Shown: positions 19,391 to 28,350 of the stretch, one piece after another
How positions within the stretch are numbered: position 1 is the first letter of the stretch
Layout of the letters: every line of letters starts with the position of its first letter
Origin: Escherichia phage LH01
Sequence record: PP434429
DNA length: 64,000 nt
Reading direction: 5' to 3' (one strand)
Position numbers and translations under genes: made by a program
Notes under the pieces: model-generated
The model's database searches: none
Told to the model about the DNA's origin: nothing
The model's input: only the letters and a program-made list of their open reading frames with translations

Positions 19391-21477
19391 TATCCTTGAA
19401 CAAATTTAAACGGAACCGATTCCAAATCCATTAAAGATGCTAACAGTTTCAATCCTTTAGGAGCACTAGTTTTTTCTACAAATGAGGAGAACGATACCGG
19501 CTCATCTGATTCGATTTCACCCGTCATAGCAACCACCTCGCCTGTTTCCATGAGAACATCACCATCGTAAATGACAGCTTCATCCAACTGGTCTGAGGAC
19601 ATGACTTCAGCTTGAATAAATTTAAGGTTGGATTCTAAACCTGCACCAGTGTCAGATGACGCATCTGTAATTTTATTTATCTGCAAGAGAATGCCTCTAG
19701 GCAAAATAATTTCTTGCTCATTAGGGTGATTACTCAACTGTCCTGGATAAATCACGTTAACTTTATGGGCGCCATCAATAGCCCATCCAACGTTAACACG
19801 GATTTGTTCTGGTGCATGCATAGCTGTTCTTACTTGACTAGGAGAAATAGTAACACCTTCGTCATTATTGTCAATGTTAAGCTCTTTGCGAACTTCTTCA
19901 GGAGCAAGTCCAAGGGCAACGTTCTCTTTAAACCCACCGAAAATAATAGGAGCTAGTGAAGTGGAAACATAGTTTCTGAAGTAGAATACCTTATTTTTAA
20001 CCATTGCTTCGTAAATAGGCATTCTGATAGACTGAGCTCTATATAACGTTAGTCCTTCAGGTAAACGGTCTCCATTTAAAAACGCCGAATCAAGACCATC
20101 AATAGCGCGTTTAACTTCATCTTCATCTGCAACATCGTAAAAATCTGGTTTATAACGACCTAACAACATATTATTGATATCGGTATACGCAGAAGAGGCA
20201 TATTCACGAATAGCTCGTTTTTCAGCAACAGAGTATTGTTTAGGGTCCCGATTCATTGTTATATTAAAGGTGCCTCTAGCCGATTCTCGTGCATAAGTAT
20301 ACATCACATTAGACAAGAACGCTGATTTACGTTGTTTCCAAGTTCTTTCAGATACTTCAGCTAAAACATCGTCAGGCAGTTGGAAATTATCTCGTCTAAA
20401 ATCTTCAAACCATTCGTCTCTAATAGAGTCTGCAATTTCGTTTGCAGCTTCAACAAAAGCAGCTAATGCTTTAACAGATGTTGTTTTTTCAGTTTTAATT
20501 TTCTTAGCAAACTTTTCTAAAGTCGGCTTAATAACGCTACCATAAGAAACTTCATCAGCAAATTTAAAGGATTCATCAATACGATTATAAATCTTATTTT
20601 CGATATCAGCAACTAAAGTGCCTTTTGCTGTGGACGATGCTTGGGCTAGTACAATTTCATATGCTTCAGGAAGTAATTCGGCTGTAGCTGGGCCACTAAC
20701 TTCTTTAGCAGAATTTTCGTATTTCTGGAATAGCTCACCTTCTTGGCGGTCAGCTTCTAAAGATTGACTTGCTGCAATAGCGCGACGAGAAATTTTAGTA
20801 CGAGCAATAACAGGCTTATCTTTACGTTTTTCTTCTACAGCAGCAATAGAACCCGCGATAGCCGTTTCTTTGGTGACTTTTTCGCCAGTCTTTTTACTCA
20901 CATAAACTTCACCAACATCAGAATCTACTTTCGTGTACAACTCTGTGTTAATGTTAGGGATGCCTTTAATATCTTCAATGTTGGCATTTTTACGAACCAT
21001 CATCACATAGGTGTGTTTACCTGTGAATTGATACATTGCCGACAACACTTTAAAACGACCGCCAGTTTTAGTAGAAACTAAACGAGCAAGAAGAGTTTGA
21101 AGCTGCTGTCCACGTCCTTTCAATTTCTTGGTAGGGAATCGGAACAGAACTGCATCCATACGAAGAGCTTTAACCTGTTCATATACTGTATTGAAAATAG
21201 TGTTGATTGCATCAATAGGAGCAGGACCAAGGCCATTTTTCAATTCAGCGAGATTACCCTTTTCAGACAGACTCATAATAACAACATGAGCGTATTTGTC
21301 GCCAAGTTTAACTTGTTTTACAGCGTCGCCTTCGGAAAGGTAAGAGAATAAACGAACTACAATATTTGTATCGATATCACCAATTTTCCAGACTTGTGGA
21401 ACTTTAGCTTTAGGGTTCAAATTGACGACAGGAAGACTGCCTTCAGATTCAAACACTTCATTTAATTGTTCAGACAT
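19390..21477 (-). CDS. alt: Alt ADP-ribosyltransferase (packaged, modifies host RNA polymerase)
   Basis: 695 aa; ART catalytic R-S-E pattern: YRAQ, YVSTS, EQEIILPRG; position between 54 and 30 as in T4. Confidence 0.87.
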   Translation of the reverse strand: MSEQLNEVFESEGSLPVVNLNPKAKVPQVWKIGDIDTNIVVRLFSYLSEGDAVKQVKLGDKYAHVVIMSLSEKGNLAELKNGLGPAPIDAINTIFNTVYEQVKALRMDAVLFRFPTKKLKGRGQQLQTLLARLVSTKTGGRFKVLSAMYQFTGKHTYVMMVRKNANIEDIKGIPNINTELYTKVDSDVGEVYVSKKTGEKVTKETAIAGSIAAVEEKRKDKPVIARTKISRRAIAASQSLEADRQEGELFQKYENSAKEVSGPATAELLPEAYEIVLAQASSTAKGTLVADIENKIYNRIDESFKFADEVSYGSVIKPTLEKFAKKIKTEKTTSVKALAAFVEAANEIADSIRDEWFEDFRRDNFQLPDDVLAEVSERTWKQRKSAFLSNVMYTYARESARGTFNITMNRDPKQYSVAEKRAIREYASSAYTDINNMLLGRYKPDFYDVADEDEVKRAIDGLDSAFLNGDRLPEGLTLYRAQSIRMPIYEAMVKNKVFYFRNYVSTSLAPIIFGGFKENVALGLAPEEVRKELNIDNNDEGVTISPSQVRTAMHAPEQIRVNVGWAIDGAHKVNVIYPGQLSNHPNEQEIILPRGILLQINKITDASSDTGAGLESNLKFIQAEVMSSDQLDEAVIYDGDVLMETGEVVAMTGEIESDEPVSFSSFVEKTSAPKGLKLLASLMDLESVPFKFVQG

Positions 21478-21511
21478 AGTGTTTTCCTTTTAGTAATAAT
21501 TTATATTTATG

Positions 21512-21533
21512 CCAAAAAGAGCCCGAAGGCTCT
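21512..21533 (-). terminator. terminator between gene 30 unit and alt
   Basis: AGAGCC-UUCG-GGCUCU hairpin followed on minus strand by UUUUUGG. Confidence 0.6.
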
Positions 21534-21742
21534 TAATCCACAATCGGAAGCAAAGTACGATAAACTTCAAAATTAGGGCCTTTTTCGTACTTATCAAAAT
21601 TGTCCATAAAAATATGATAGGAATCGTTATTAGGAAAATCTAATACAATTTGGGAACAAGAGGTGGAAACATCTCCACCATCCTTCTTAGCTACAATAAC
21701 TGTTTCTAAATAAGCTTTCATTATAAACCTGTCTGGGACCAC
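21533..21742 (-). CDS. hypothetical protein (69 aa track ORF, likely shorter)
   Basis: ORF between gene 30 and alt; 5' end overlaps gene 30. Confidence 0.45.
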   Translation of the reverse strand: MVPDRFIMKAYLETVIVAKKDGGDVSTSCSQIVLDFPNNDSYHIFMDNFDKYEKGPNFEVYRTLLPIVD

Positions 21743-23214
21743 GGTCCAAATACGTCTTCAAATGAATCCGCTTCTGTTTTATCAAAACGGAACCCTTTAA
21801 TAATTGGAAGGAAAATACCTACAGTGCCTTCACGTCCTTTAGAATGAACCCAACCATTACATTCGCAATCAGCAATACGTCCGATCAATTTACCTTCGCG
21901 AGCTTCGGTCATTAATCGTTCACGGTCTAAATCATGACGCTCATCTAAAGGAATAAGAACCTTTACACCATCAACTGTTTTATGAGTTGTATCTTTAAAC
22001 CCTGAACCACAATCGGTTGTAATACGACGACAACGTGATACGAGTTCGACACCACCTAATTTGTTAGGGTCTTTAGAGTGTTCATAGTATCCTACAACTT
22101 CCAAAGCGATATCAATAACTTCTTTAAATTTAATTAGGTTCTTAGAGCGTTTGTTTTCCCAGTATGAATCACGGTTTTTAAGGATAATACCTTCAAGACC
22201 TTGGTCAACATATTTTTTATAAACCACTTTAGCTTCATCAAGATTACGAACTAACTGGTTTTCGATAGGTTCAATTCGTTTAAAGCCTTCAGCCATATTT
22301 TCAAGAGCAGCAAAACGAACATCGTATTTCTGGCCTTTAATTTTGCCATCAGAATAGACTTCATCTAAAGGAACATAGTCCCAGGCTTGAAGAACCATAC
22401 CTTCAGCTTCTTTAGGAGAAATAGTCCCTTGAAGAGATTTATTTGCTAAACCGTTTGAAGTGCTACGGTCTGCAACTTGTACTTCTTCGGATTCTTCATT
22501 ATCGCCAAATAAGAACGACAGGTCATTTCCTGAGCTCACGGCCTTTTTAATATCAAATGAATGATAAACTAATTCACCGTCGATTAAAACCCCATTAGGG
22601 TGTCTTTCACGGGCTTCTTTAGTCATTTCCATTAGTTCATCTGCTAATAGGGTAAGACCATGGTATTCGTTACCAGCACGAGAAAAGAATTGAACGCCAT
22701 CATCGCGAACTTCAGCGAAACAACGAGCACCATCTGCCTTTAATTGAGCAAATGCAGGCCATTTAATATTTTTAGTAATCAATTTCTCATCATATGCAGA
22801 TGCTAACATCTGTGGCTGCAATTGAATAAGTCCAGGCCACACCTTATTCGCGATAGACACTGAAGCACCTACTTCAAGGTCTCGCATCATTACACGACGA
22901 AGGACTTCTACATCATCAGGTTTACCGTCAGCGATATAACCCATGAGCTCTTTAATTGCAGCATTACCAGTGAGTTTACGAGTGGCTAATGTGAACTCAA
23001 TAAAATCCAACATGTCATCTAATTCAAGAAGGCCATACGCTTGAGACCTTTCACCTGGACCTGGCCATTTCTTAATATAATACTGGATGCCACGCGCATA
23101 CGTTAAACGATATACACGTTCAAGTAATTTGTTGTCCTTATTTTTCTTAAGGATTTCTTGTTTTGTTTTAGTAGAACCGATCGCAGCTATTTGGTTTAAA
23201 ATATCTAAAATCAT
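21721..23214 (-). CDS. 30: ATP-dependent DNA ligase gp30
   Basis: 497 aa; adenylation motif KADGAR; matches T4 DNA ligase N-terminus (MIL.ILN.IA.IGSTK.KQ). Confidence 0.95.
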   Translation of the reverse strand: MILDILNQIAAIGSTKTKQEILKKNKDNKLLERVYRLTYARGIQYYIKKWPGPGERSQAYGLLELDDMLDFIEFTLATRKLTGNAAIKELMGYIADGKPDDVEVLRRVMMRDLEVGASVSIANKVWPGLIQLQPQMLASAYDEKLITKNIKWPAFAQLKADGARCFAEVRDDGVQFFSRAGNEYHGLTLLADELMEMTKEARERHPNGVLIDGELVYHSFDIKKAVSSGNDLSFLFGDNEESEEVQVADRSTSNGLANKSLQGTISPKEAEGMVLQAWDYVPLDEVYSDGKIKGQKYDVRFAALENMAEGFKRIEPIENQLVRNLDEAKVVYKKYVDQGLEGIILKNRDSYWENKRSKNLIKFKEVIDIALEVVGYYEHSKDPNKLGGVELVSRCRRITTDCGSGFKDTTHKTVDGVKVLIPLDERHDLDRERLMTEAREGKLIGRIADCECNGWVHSKGREGTVGIFLPIIKGFRFDKTEADSFEDVFGPWSQTGL

Positions 23215-23480
23215 TTGATGTCCTCGATTTTGGTTACGGTTCTATTATAAGCCACTTCGTCTAGAAGCGATTTCAGCGTTTTCTGATAAGTGGTAATCCA
23301 TTTACCAAGTCCTTCAACATAGTATTCTGAAATGTAGATGAACCCTTGTTCAACACACTCTTTAAATATTTCTGCGTCTTTTACTGAACGAAACACCGGC
23401 CAGTCTCGAAAGAACATGTTAACATGACCGTAGTCACGTGTGGTGTTTTTGCCATCTGTAATATCATGAACTACAAACAT
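23211..23480 (-). CDS. hypothetical protein (89 aa)
   Basis: ORF coupled to gene 30 start. Confidence 0.5.
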   Translation of the reverse strand: MFVVHDITDGKNTTRDYGHVNMFFRDWPVFRSVKDAEIFKECVEQGFIYISEYYVEGLGKWITTYQKTLKSLLDEVAYNRTVTKIEDIK

Positions 23481-23489
23481 AATTAACCC

Positions 23490-24314
23490 TTAACAATTTA
23501 TAGACCAAGTCCATTTAGACGAATCTAAAGGAAAGTTTTGAATCGTCCACCATGGCTGCATATCGGTTGGTCCTGGGGTTCGCCAGGTATATGGAGTACG
23601 TGTTGTCGAGGGGCCGCCAATTTGATTAGGCCATGCACCTGGACTTGTTGCACCAGATTCTTTAAGCAAATCAGCCAATCGTTTTAAAAGGTCTTCACGA
23701 TCTGAATCTGAATTATTCTTAGGCAGAACCAAACGAGATTCAATATCATCCCATGTGTGTACACGTTGTGCAGTGCGAGGAATGGCATCACGTTCACCAC
23801 GAGCCAACCAATAAATTGGTACATTAAGAATTTCTGCCGCATGGTCACAGTGATGAGCTAAATCATCAACATAACAAATCACGTTATATTTTGTTTTGGC
23901 TAGTTCGAATAATTGTTCTTTTGAAGAATCATGACCACACATCATTACTTCAGAGAAAGCGCCTGGGAACAAAGCATTCAAATTAAATTGTCTATTCAAT
24001 CGAGCATCAATTGAATCACCTAGCGCCGTCACGGCTACAAAATTATAGTCTTCTTTTAGTTTATTGATAACTCGAAGAGCATCCGAATAAGGCGCTAAGT
24101 AACGAATAAAATCAGAGCGATTATATTTTTCTATTAATTGTTTACCAAGGTTATCGTCAGTATTGAACAGTTTACCAGGAGAAATAAATTTTTCGTCCTG
24201 AATCATTTTTAAAATATGTTCTAATGGAAGATTATATTTTTGGGCAAAATAAGGAAGTCCAGATTGCCAACTTAAACATACACCATCAATATCAGTCAAA
24301 ATAGTAGGCTTCAT
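23490..24314 (-). CDS. HAD-like hydrolase / putative nucleotidase
   Basis: 274 aa; N-terminal HAD motif I ILTDIDGVCL; unusual Trp/Pro-rich C-terminal 55 aa. Confidence 0.55.
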   Translation of the reverse strand: MKPTILTDIDGVCLSWQSGLPYFAQKYNLPLEHILKMIQDEKFISPGKLFNTDDNLGKQLIEKYNRSDFIRYLAPYSDALRVINKLKEDYNFVAVTALGDSIDARLNRQFNLNALFPGAFSEVMMCGHDSSKEQLFELAKTKYNVICYVDDLAHHCDHAAEILNVPIYWLARGERDAIPRTAQRVHTWDDIESRLVLPKNNSDSDREDLLKRLADLLKESGATSPGAWPNQIGGPSTTRTPYTWRTPGPTDMQPWWTIQNFPLDSSKWTWSINC

Positions 24315-24778
24315 AAAGAGTCTCTTAATAGGTTTAACACATCAACAAATTCAGTTTCGGTTAGTATTGTATCATCTTTTGTTAGGTGGCTAGCCATGCT
24401 GTGCTTCAAAATTTTTCCTTTAGAGGCTTGTAAGGCATCACGAAACCCCTTATTTTGGATCGCGGCTTCAAAATATGCATTTGTGTATAATTCTTTCCAT
24501 GCTTCAGAGTATCTTGAAAATGGAACTCCTAACCAGAAGAGAGTCCCACGGTCCTGAGCTCTTGCATAAGACCTTCCAGCTTGCTGTGCAGCCAATCCAG
24601 ACAACCCAAATATACGTCTTTGCTGTTCAACATTTTTCACCTTACATCCTTGGAGAAATCCTTCAAGACCTCCGAATTGAATACCATCCATAACAAAAGG
24701 CCATTGAGCAAAGTTACTTAATGCACATGACGGCCACTTGAAATTACTTCTTATTTCTAATTCAGACATCTTTAACAC
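24311..24778 (-). CDS. NADAR/YbiA-like (DUF1768) domain protein
   Basis: 155 aa; core LSNFAQWPFVMDGIQF parallels E. coli YbiA FSNFAAWPIKVDGKTW. Confidence 0.65.
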   Translation of the reverse strand: MLKMSELEIRSNFKWPSCALSNFAQWPFVMDGIQFGGLEGFLQGCKVKNVEQQRRIFGLSGLAAQQAGRSYARAQDRGTLFWLGVPFSRYSEAWKELYTNAYFEAAIQNKGFRDALQASKGKILKHSMASHLTKDDTILTETEFVDVLNLLRDSL

Positions 24779-24974
24779 TTATAATTTCAACATCAGCCCA
24801 ATGACCGTAACTAGGCAGACGGTCTTCAATAGATAAACCACCGTCATTTTTAAGCATTTTAATTGTCTTGATAAACGGTTCATCCTGTGGATGAATAGGC
24901 GAGCAGTCAGTCACACGATAAGTAACTTCAACCATTTCCGTGCCTAACAATTTCTGGATTAATTTATTCAACAT
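24762..24974 (-). CDS. hypothetical protein (70 aa)
   Basis: ORF in early-gene cluster; overlapping start/stop with neighbours. Confidence 0.45.
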   Translation of the reverse strand: MLNKLIQKLLGTEMVEVTYRVTDCSPIHPQDEPFIKTIKMLKNDGGLSIEDRLPSYGHWADVEIISVKDV

Positions 24975-25161
24975 GTTTCAACCCTTTAATAGGAGATAAC
25001 TCTTTACCCATACGTATGTCAGAAGTCCAATCAACCCATTGAACAGCATACGCTTCATTGATAATTCCAGCGGCGGTTTTAAATTCAGGGAGAACTTTAA
25101 AAATCACCCCAGGAATTCCAACACCTTTTAATTGGACTGTTTGTGCTATTAAAAATTTCAT
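24964..25161 (-). CDS. hypothetical protein (65 aa)
   Basis: ORF in early-gene cluster. Confidence 0.45.
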   Translation of the reverse strand: MKFLIAQTVQLKGVGIPGVIFKVLPEFKTAAGIINEAYAVQWVDWTSDIRMGKELSPIKGLKHVE

Positions 25162-25215
25162 ATTTTTCCACTTACTAAAGAAATCATTATACTCTAATCC
25201 GTCCTTGGATGTAAA

Positions 25216-25830
25216 CTACTTAACGAAATTAATTTCTACCGGATGAACAACAGGTTGAGCAGTGATATATTGAGTAATTGCTTTCATGACTAGAGCTTCA
25301 GAACCAGGATTTTTCTCAACGAATTCACGTGCTTGGTTATGAGCTTCAAGTTCACTTAGTAAACCACTTCGTTGGCATCCACGGTCTTGAGTACCCTGTT
25401 CAGATAAAAAGACGACGATGTATTTTTCATCGTCATAAGGTTTAGACGGTTGAGCAAATGTTCCTTTACTTCCAAAAGGAGAGTTATGACGCCACATCAC
25501 GCCGTGAGGAGTTTCAACCTTCGTATATTCGTGCGGTCCATTTTTCTTAATTTCTTGATGTGGAACTTCATAGACCTTAGGGTTAGGACATTCAATAAAA
25601 TGCTCATCTAAATCAGTCGAGAATATTAAAGTAAAACAATTACTGAATTTACCGACACCTGCCTGATAAATTTTACCTTCAGAAGTTCTAATTTCACAAA
25701 CTGAGCCGGCATCAGTAACTTCTAAAACTTCAAAAGGCTCGATAAGGTCATATGAGAACATGTTTTTAAGGCGTGGAGTAATATCCCCATTTTTAAAATT
25801 CATTTTATAAAAAGTATTAACTTTAAACAT
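25216..25830 (-). CDS. hypothetical protein (204 aa from ATG at 25830)
   Basis: GAGGAAATT RBS before MFKVNTFYK...; track ORF start at 25860 would read through an upstream hairpin. Confidence 0.55.
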   Translation of the reverse strand: MFKVNTFYKMNFKNGDITPRLKNMFSYDLIEPFEVLEVTDAGSVCEIRTSEGKIYQAGVGKFSNCFTLIFSTDLDEHFIECPNPKVYEVPHQEIKKNGPHEYTKVETPHGVMWRHNSPFGSKGTFAQPSKPYDDEKYIVVFLSEQGTQDRGCQRSGLLSELEAHNQAREFVEKNPGSEALVMKAITQYITAQPVVHPVEINFVK

Positions 25831-25865
25831 AATTTCCTCAGTGGGAGCTTCGGCTCCCAATTAAT

Positions 25866-26231
25866 TTAGATATCAAATTCGTTAAGAACTACATCAAAGA
25901 TTGCTTCGAGATGTTCAGGTTTAGCTCGGTTACTCAGGATATGACGAATCCAAGTTTTAACCAGAAGTTTACGATTAACACCATTCCAGCAAGGATGAGT
26001 ACCTAAATCACGCTGACGGAAATCATCATCTAATGCAATTTTAAAATTTGAACCTTCCATCGTGATTGAAACCGTGATACCATTTTCAAATCGCATATAA
26101 ACGTAATTAGGAGTCATGCACTGTTCGATTTCACAAACTGTACCGTTTTCGTGTTTCCATAAGCAAATAACTTCAGAAGAACCAGCGATACCGTTAGAAA
26201 CATATTTGCGTTCGAAGTTGGTGTAGTTCAT
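25866..26231 (-). CDS. hypothetical protein (121 aa)
   Basis: ORF with GGAGAAT RBS and own GTTTAC-N17-TATTAT promoter. Confidence 0.5.
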   Translation of the reverse strand: MNYTNFERKYVSNGIAGSSEVICLWKHENGTVCEIEQCMTPNYVYMRFENGITVSITMEGSNFKIALDDDFRQRDLGTHPCWNGVNRKLLVKTWIRHILSNRAKPEHLEAIFDVVLNEFDI

Positions 26232-26272
26232 TTTATTCTCCGGATGTTTAAGTTGTTTGTTGGTACAGGTCT

Positions 26273-26301
26273 ATAATAACATAACCTGTACCAAAGTAAA
26301 C
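26273..26301 (-). promoter_or_regulatory. early promoter GTTTAC-N17-TATTAT with inverted repeat
   Basis: Arms TGGTACAGG 26261-26269 and CCTGTACCA 26285-26293 (9/9) flank the -10. Confidence 0.5.
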
Positions 26302-26305
26302 TGTT

Positions 26306-26674
26306 TTATGCAACTTTAATCCAATTGTCTAAATTTAAAACACCTTTGGCTTTCATTTTTTCGATCAGGTTATCTGCTGTAATGCGTCCATTTTGATACC
26401 ATGTAACATCTTCAGAGTAACCAGTTTCTTCGTCAACATATGTTTCTGAACGAATTTTACCGGTAATAATAGTTTTTAATTCGTATGTGTCACCTGTGAA
26501 AAAGTTTGCTAACACAATTTTCCAAGAGAAATCATCAGAAGGACCTTCAGGGGTCATACAACCTACGAACTCAAATTGCTCTTTGTATAACATCCACTGG
26601 AATTCTTTAATTTCGATAGCTTTATAACCATCGTGGTCTTTACATTTGATGTATGAGTTCAGATTGATTTTCAT
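26306..26674 (-). CDS. hypothetical protein (122 aa)
   Basis: ORF with GGAGAAC RBS and own GTTTAC-N17-TACTAT promoter. Confidence 0.5.
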   Translation of the reverse strand: MKINLNSYIKCKDHDGYKAIEIKEFQWMLYKEQFEFVGCMTPEGPSDDFSWKIVLANFFTGDTYELKTIITGKIRSETYVDEETGYSEDVTWYQNGRITADNLIEKMKAKGVLNLDNWIKVA

Positions 26675-26716
26675 TTTGTTCTCCAGGTTGTTTTATTGAT
26701 TAGATGGTACAAGTCT

Positions 26717-26745
26717 ATAGTAACACATCCTACAGGAGAGTAAAC
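26717..26745 (-). promoter_or_regulatory. early promoter GTTTAC-N17-TACTAT
   Basis: Homologous to the 26273 promoter but complementarity of arms is lost. Confidence 0.5.
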
Positions 26746-26770
26746 ATCTTTTTAAACTTTTTCTGCCCTA

Positions 26771-26799
26771 AACGCACAAAAGGGAGACCGAAGTCTCCC
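26771..26799 (-). terminator. terminator after small basic ORF 26805..26984
   Basis: GGGAGAC-UUCG-GUCUCCC hairpin followed on minus strand by UUUUGUGCGUUU. Confidence 0.65.
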
Positions 26800-26804
26800 T
26801 AAAA

Positions 26805-26984
26805 TTATGCAACAACCTTTCCAAAACGAGAAGCATCATCTCGAAGAACTGCACGTGCTCTGCGCATGATCTTCTCAACTGTTTGATTAATACGAGAGTT
26901 CGACCCACGCTTGTATCCAGCGCGTTTAGAGGTACCATCAACTTTCTTTTCAACTGCTTTCTTTGCTTTAGCTTGTTTTGCCAT
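26805..26984 (-). CDS. small basic protein (59 aa; absent from ORF track)
   Basis: Hand-translated MAKQAKAKKAVEKKVDGTSKRAGYKRGSNSRINQTVEKIMRRARAVLRDDASRFGKVVA; followed by terminator; the 61-aa track ORF 26768..26953 is an alternative frame. Confidence 0.4.
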   Translation of the reverse strand: MAKQAKAKKAVEKKVDGTSKRAGYKRGSNSRINQTVEKIMRRARAVLRDDASRFGKVVA

Positions 26985-27278
26985 TATAAATTCTCTTTAA
27001 ATGAAAATGCAGGACTTATTGACATTGCCTGCGCAAGCCCTCAAGGGGAACATAGGTTTTGGATATTTAACGACAGGATAACCATAAACCCGTCATCATA
27101 CCAACCACGACTTAGACAGATAACCTTTTTCTGACGCGTGATAGTATAAAATACATTCAAGAGGTACACCGTAAAACTGCCGGGGTCTTAAAACTATAAT
27201 GATTCGCAAATCATTAATCAGACAGTTCGACGGCTCCTCGATTTTCTAGCCGCACTAAGGTAGCGAATCACCTAAAAC

Positions 27279-27527
27279 TTATTTAAGGGTAATAACAAAA
27301 TGACGAACTGCTTTGCGTGCTGCAGAAGCCAGAGGCTTAGCATATTTCAATTCATCTTTAGCTTCCAGTTCAGAAGCCAGAGTAGCCTGAGCAGGATTCA
27401 GATGTTTGAAATATCGCAGGATTTCCAGTGCTTCGGCTTCAACATCAATTGAAGCGCCGTAGTTTTCGTGACCGTTATTCCATGCGTTGCGTTGCAGTTC
27501 AAGAGCGTGTTGTAATTGTTTAATCAT
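27279..27527 (-). CDS. rIII: rIII lysis-inhibition accessory protein
   Basis: 82 aa; matches recalled T4 rIII (MIKQLQHALELQRNAWNNGHENYGASID...). Confidence 0.75.
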   Translation of the reverse strand: MIKQLQHALELQRNAWNNGHENYGASIDVEAEALEILRYFKHLNPAQATLASELEAKDELKYAKPLASAARKAVRHFVITLK

Positions 27528-27643
27528 TTTAAATTCTCAATTCGAGATAATATTTAGTAGCCACGTTCGTCTGAATTTCACCTTCTTTCGACAAGTCTCT
27601 CAGTTGTAGGCTACCGCTTAGAAGAGTGTTCTCTTCATATAGT

Positions 27644-27651
27644 TATTTATA
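27644..27651 (-). promoter_or_regulatory. possible late promoter (rIII)
   Basis: TATAAATA on minus strand just after gene 31 stop, about 117 nt upstream of rIII ATG. Confidence 0.35.
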
Positions 27652-27984
27652 TCACTTATAAAGACACGGAATAGCTTTATAGTGGCATGTTACGAATTTC
27701 TGTTTAATTTCTTTAGGTTGTTTAAGTCCCAAAGCCACAAATGGATGTGGAACATTTCGAATTTGTCCAACTGGTAGTGGAGTCAAATCACCGACTTCAA
27801 CAAAACCTTCAGGAACATCAGGACCTACAGAATGAACTACGCATAGTTCAGGAACTTCACCTTGAACACGTTTACCAATCACAAGTCCTGATTCGGTAAC
27901 TTCTTCATCACCTGCTTGAGCGGGTTCAGAAACCAGAATGACATATTCACCAACAGCACGAATTGGGAGTTGTACTTCAGACAT
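27652..27984 (-). CDS. 31: co-chaperonin gp31 (GroES analogue)
   Basis: 110 aa; matches T4 gp31 ([27 protein letters not shown]...KAIPCLYK). Confidence 0.92.
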   Translation of the reverse strand: MSEVQLPIRAVGEYVILVSEPAQAGDEEVTESGLVIGKRVQGEVPELCVVHSVGPDVPEGFVEVGDLTPLPVGQIRNVPHPFVALGLKQPKEIKQKFVTCHYKAIPCLYK

Positions 27985-28041
27985 CTTATTTCCTTGTTGT
28001 TTGACGATAGATTAATAATACCACACTATTCGTAAAGCATA

Positions 28042-28350
28042 TTACATAAGAAGCAAACGTTCTACCGGAGTACCATCAACCGAAATTACTTTATCAAGGC
28101 GGAAAGAACGCCACTGGCCTAACTTGGTATCGAATGCTCGAACTGATTCACGAGGTTCATAACGAACTTCTGTTGCCGGATTGTTATTTTCATATTTGAC
28201 TTCAAGTTCATCGCGCGAAGCAAACATAGTGCGTACATCACCGTTAGCCTTTTCAAATACAACACAATGAACGCCTACAGACAGAATAGTTTTAATACGT
28301 TCACGAAGAACCATAGTTTCTCGTTCAGTTAAAATCATATTATTCACCAC
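28042..28350 (-). CDS. hypothetical protein (102 aa, 31.1-like position)
   Basis: ORF overlapping cd start. Confidence 0.5.
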   Translation of the reverse strand: MVNNMILTERETMVLRERIKTILSVGVHCVVFEKANGDVRTMFASRDELEVKYENNNPATEVRYEPRESVRAFDTKLGQWRSFRLDKVISVDGTPVERLLLM

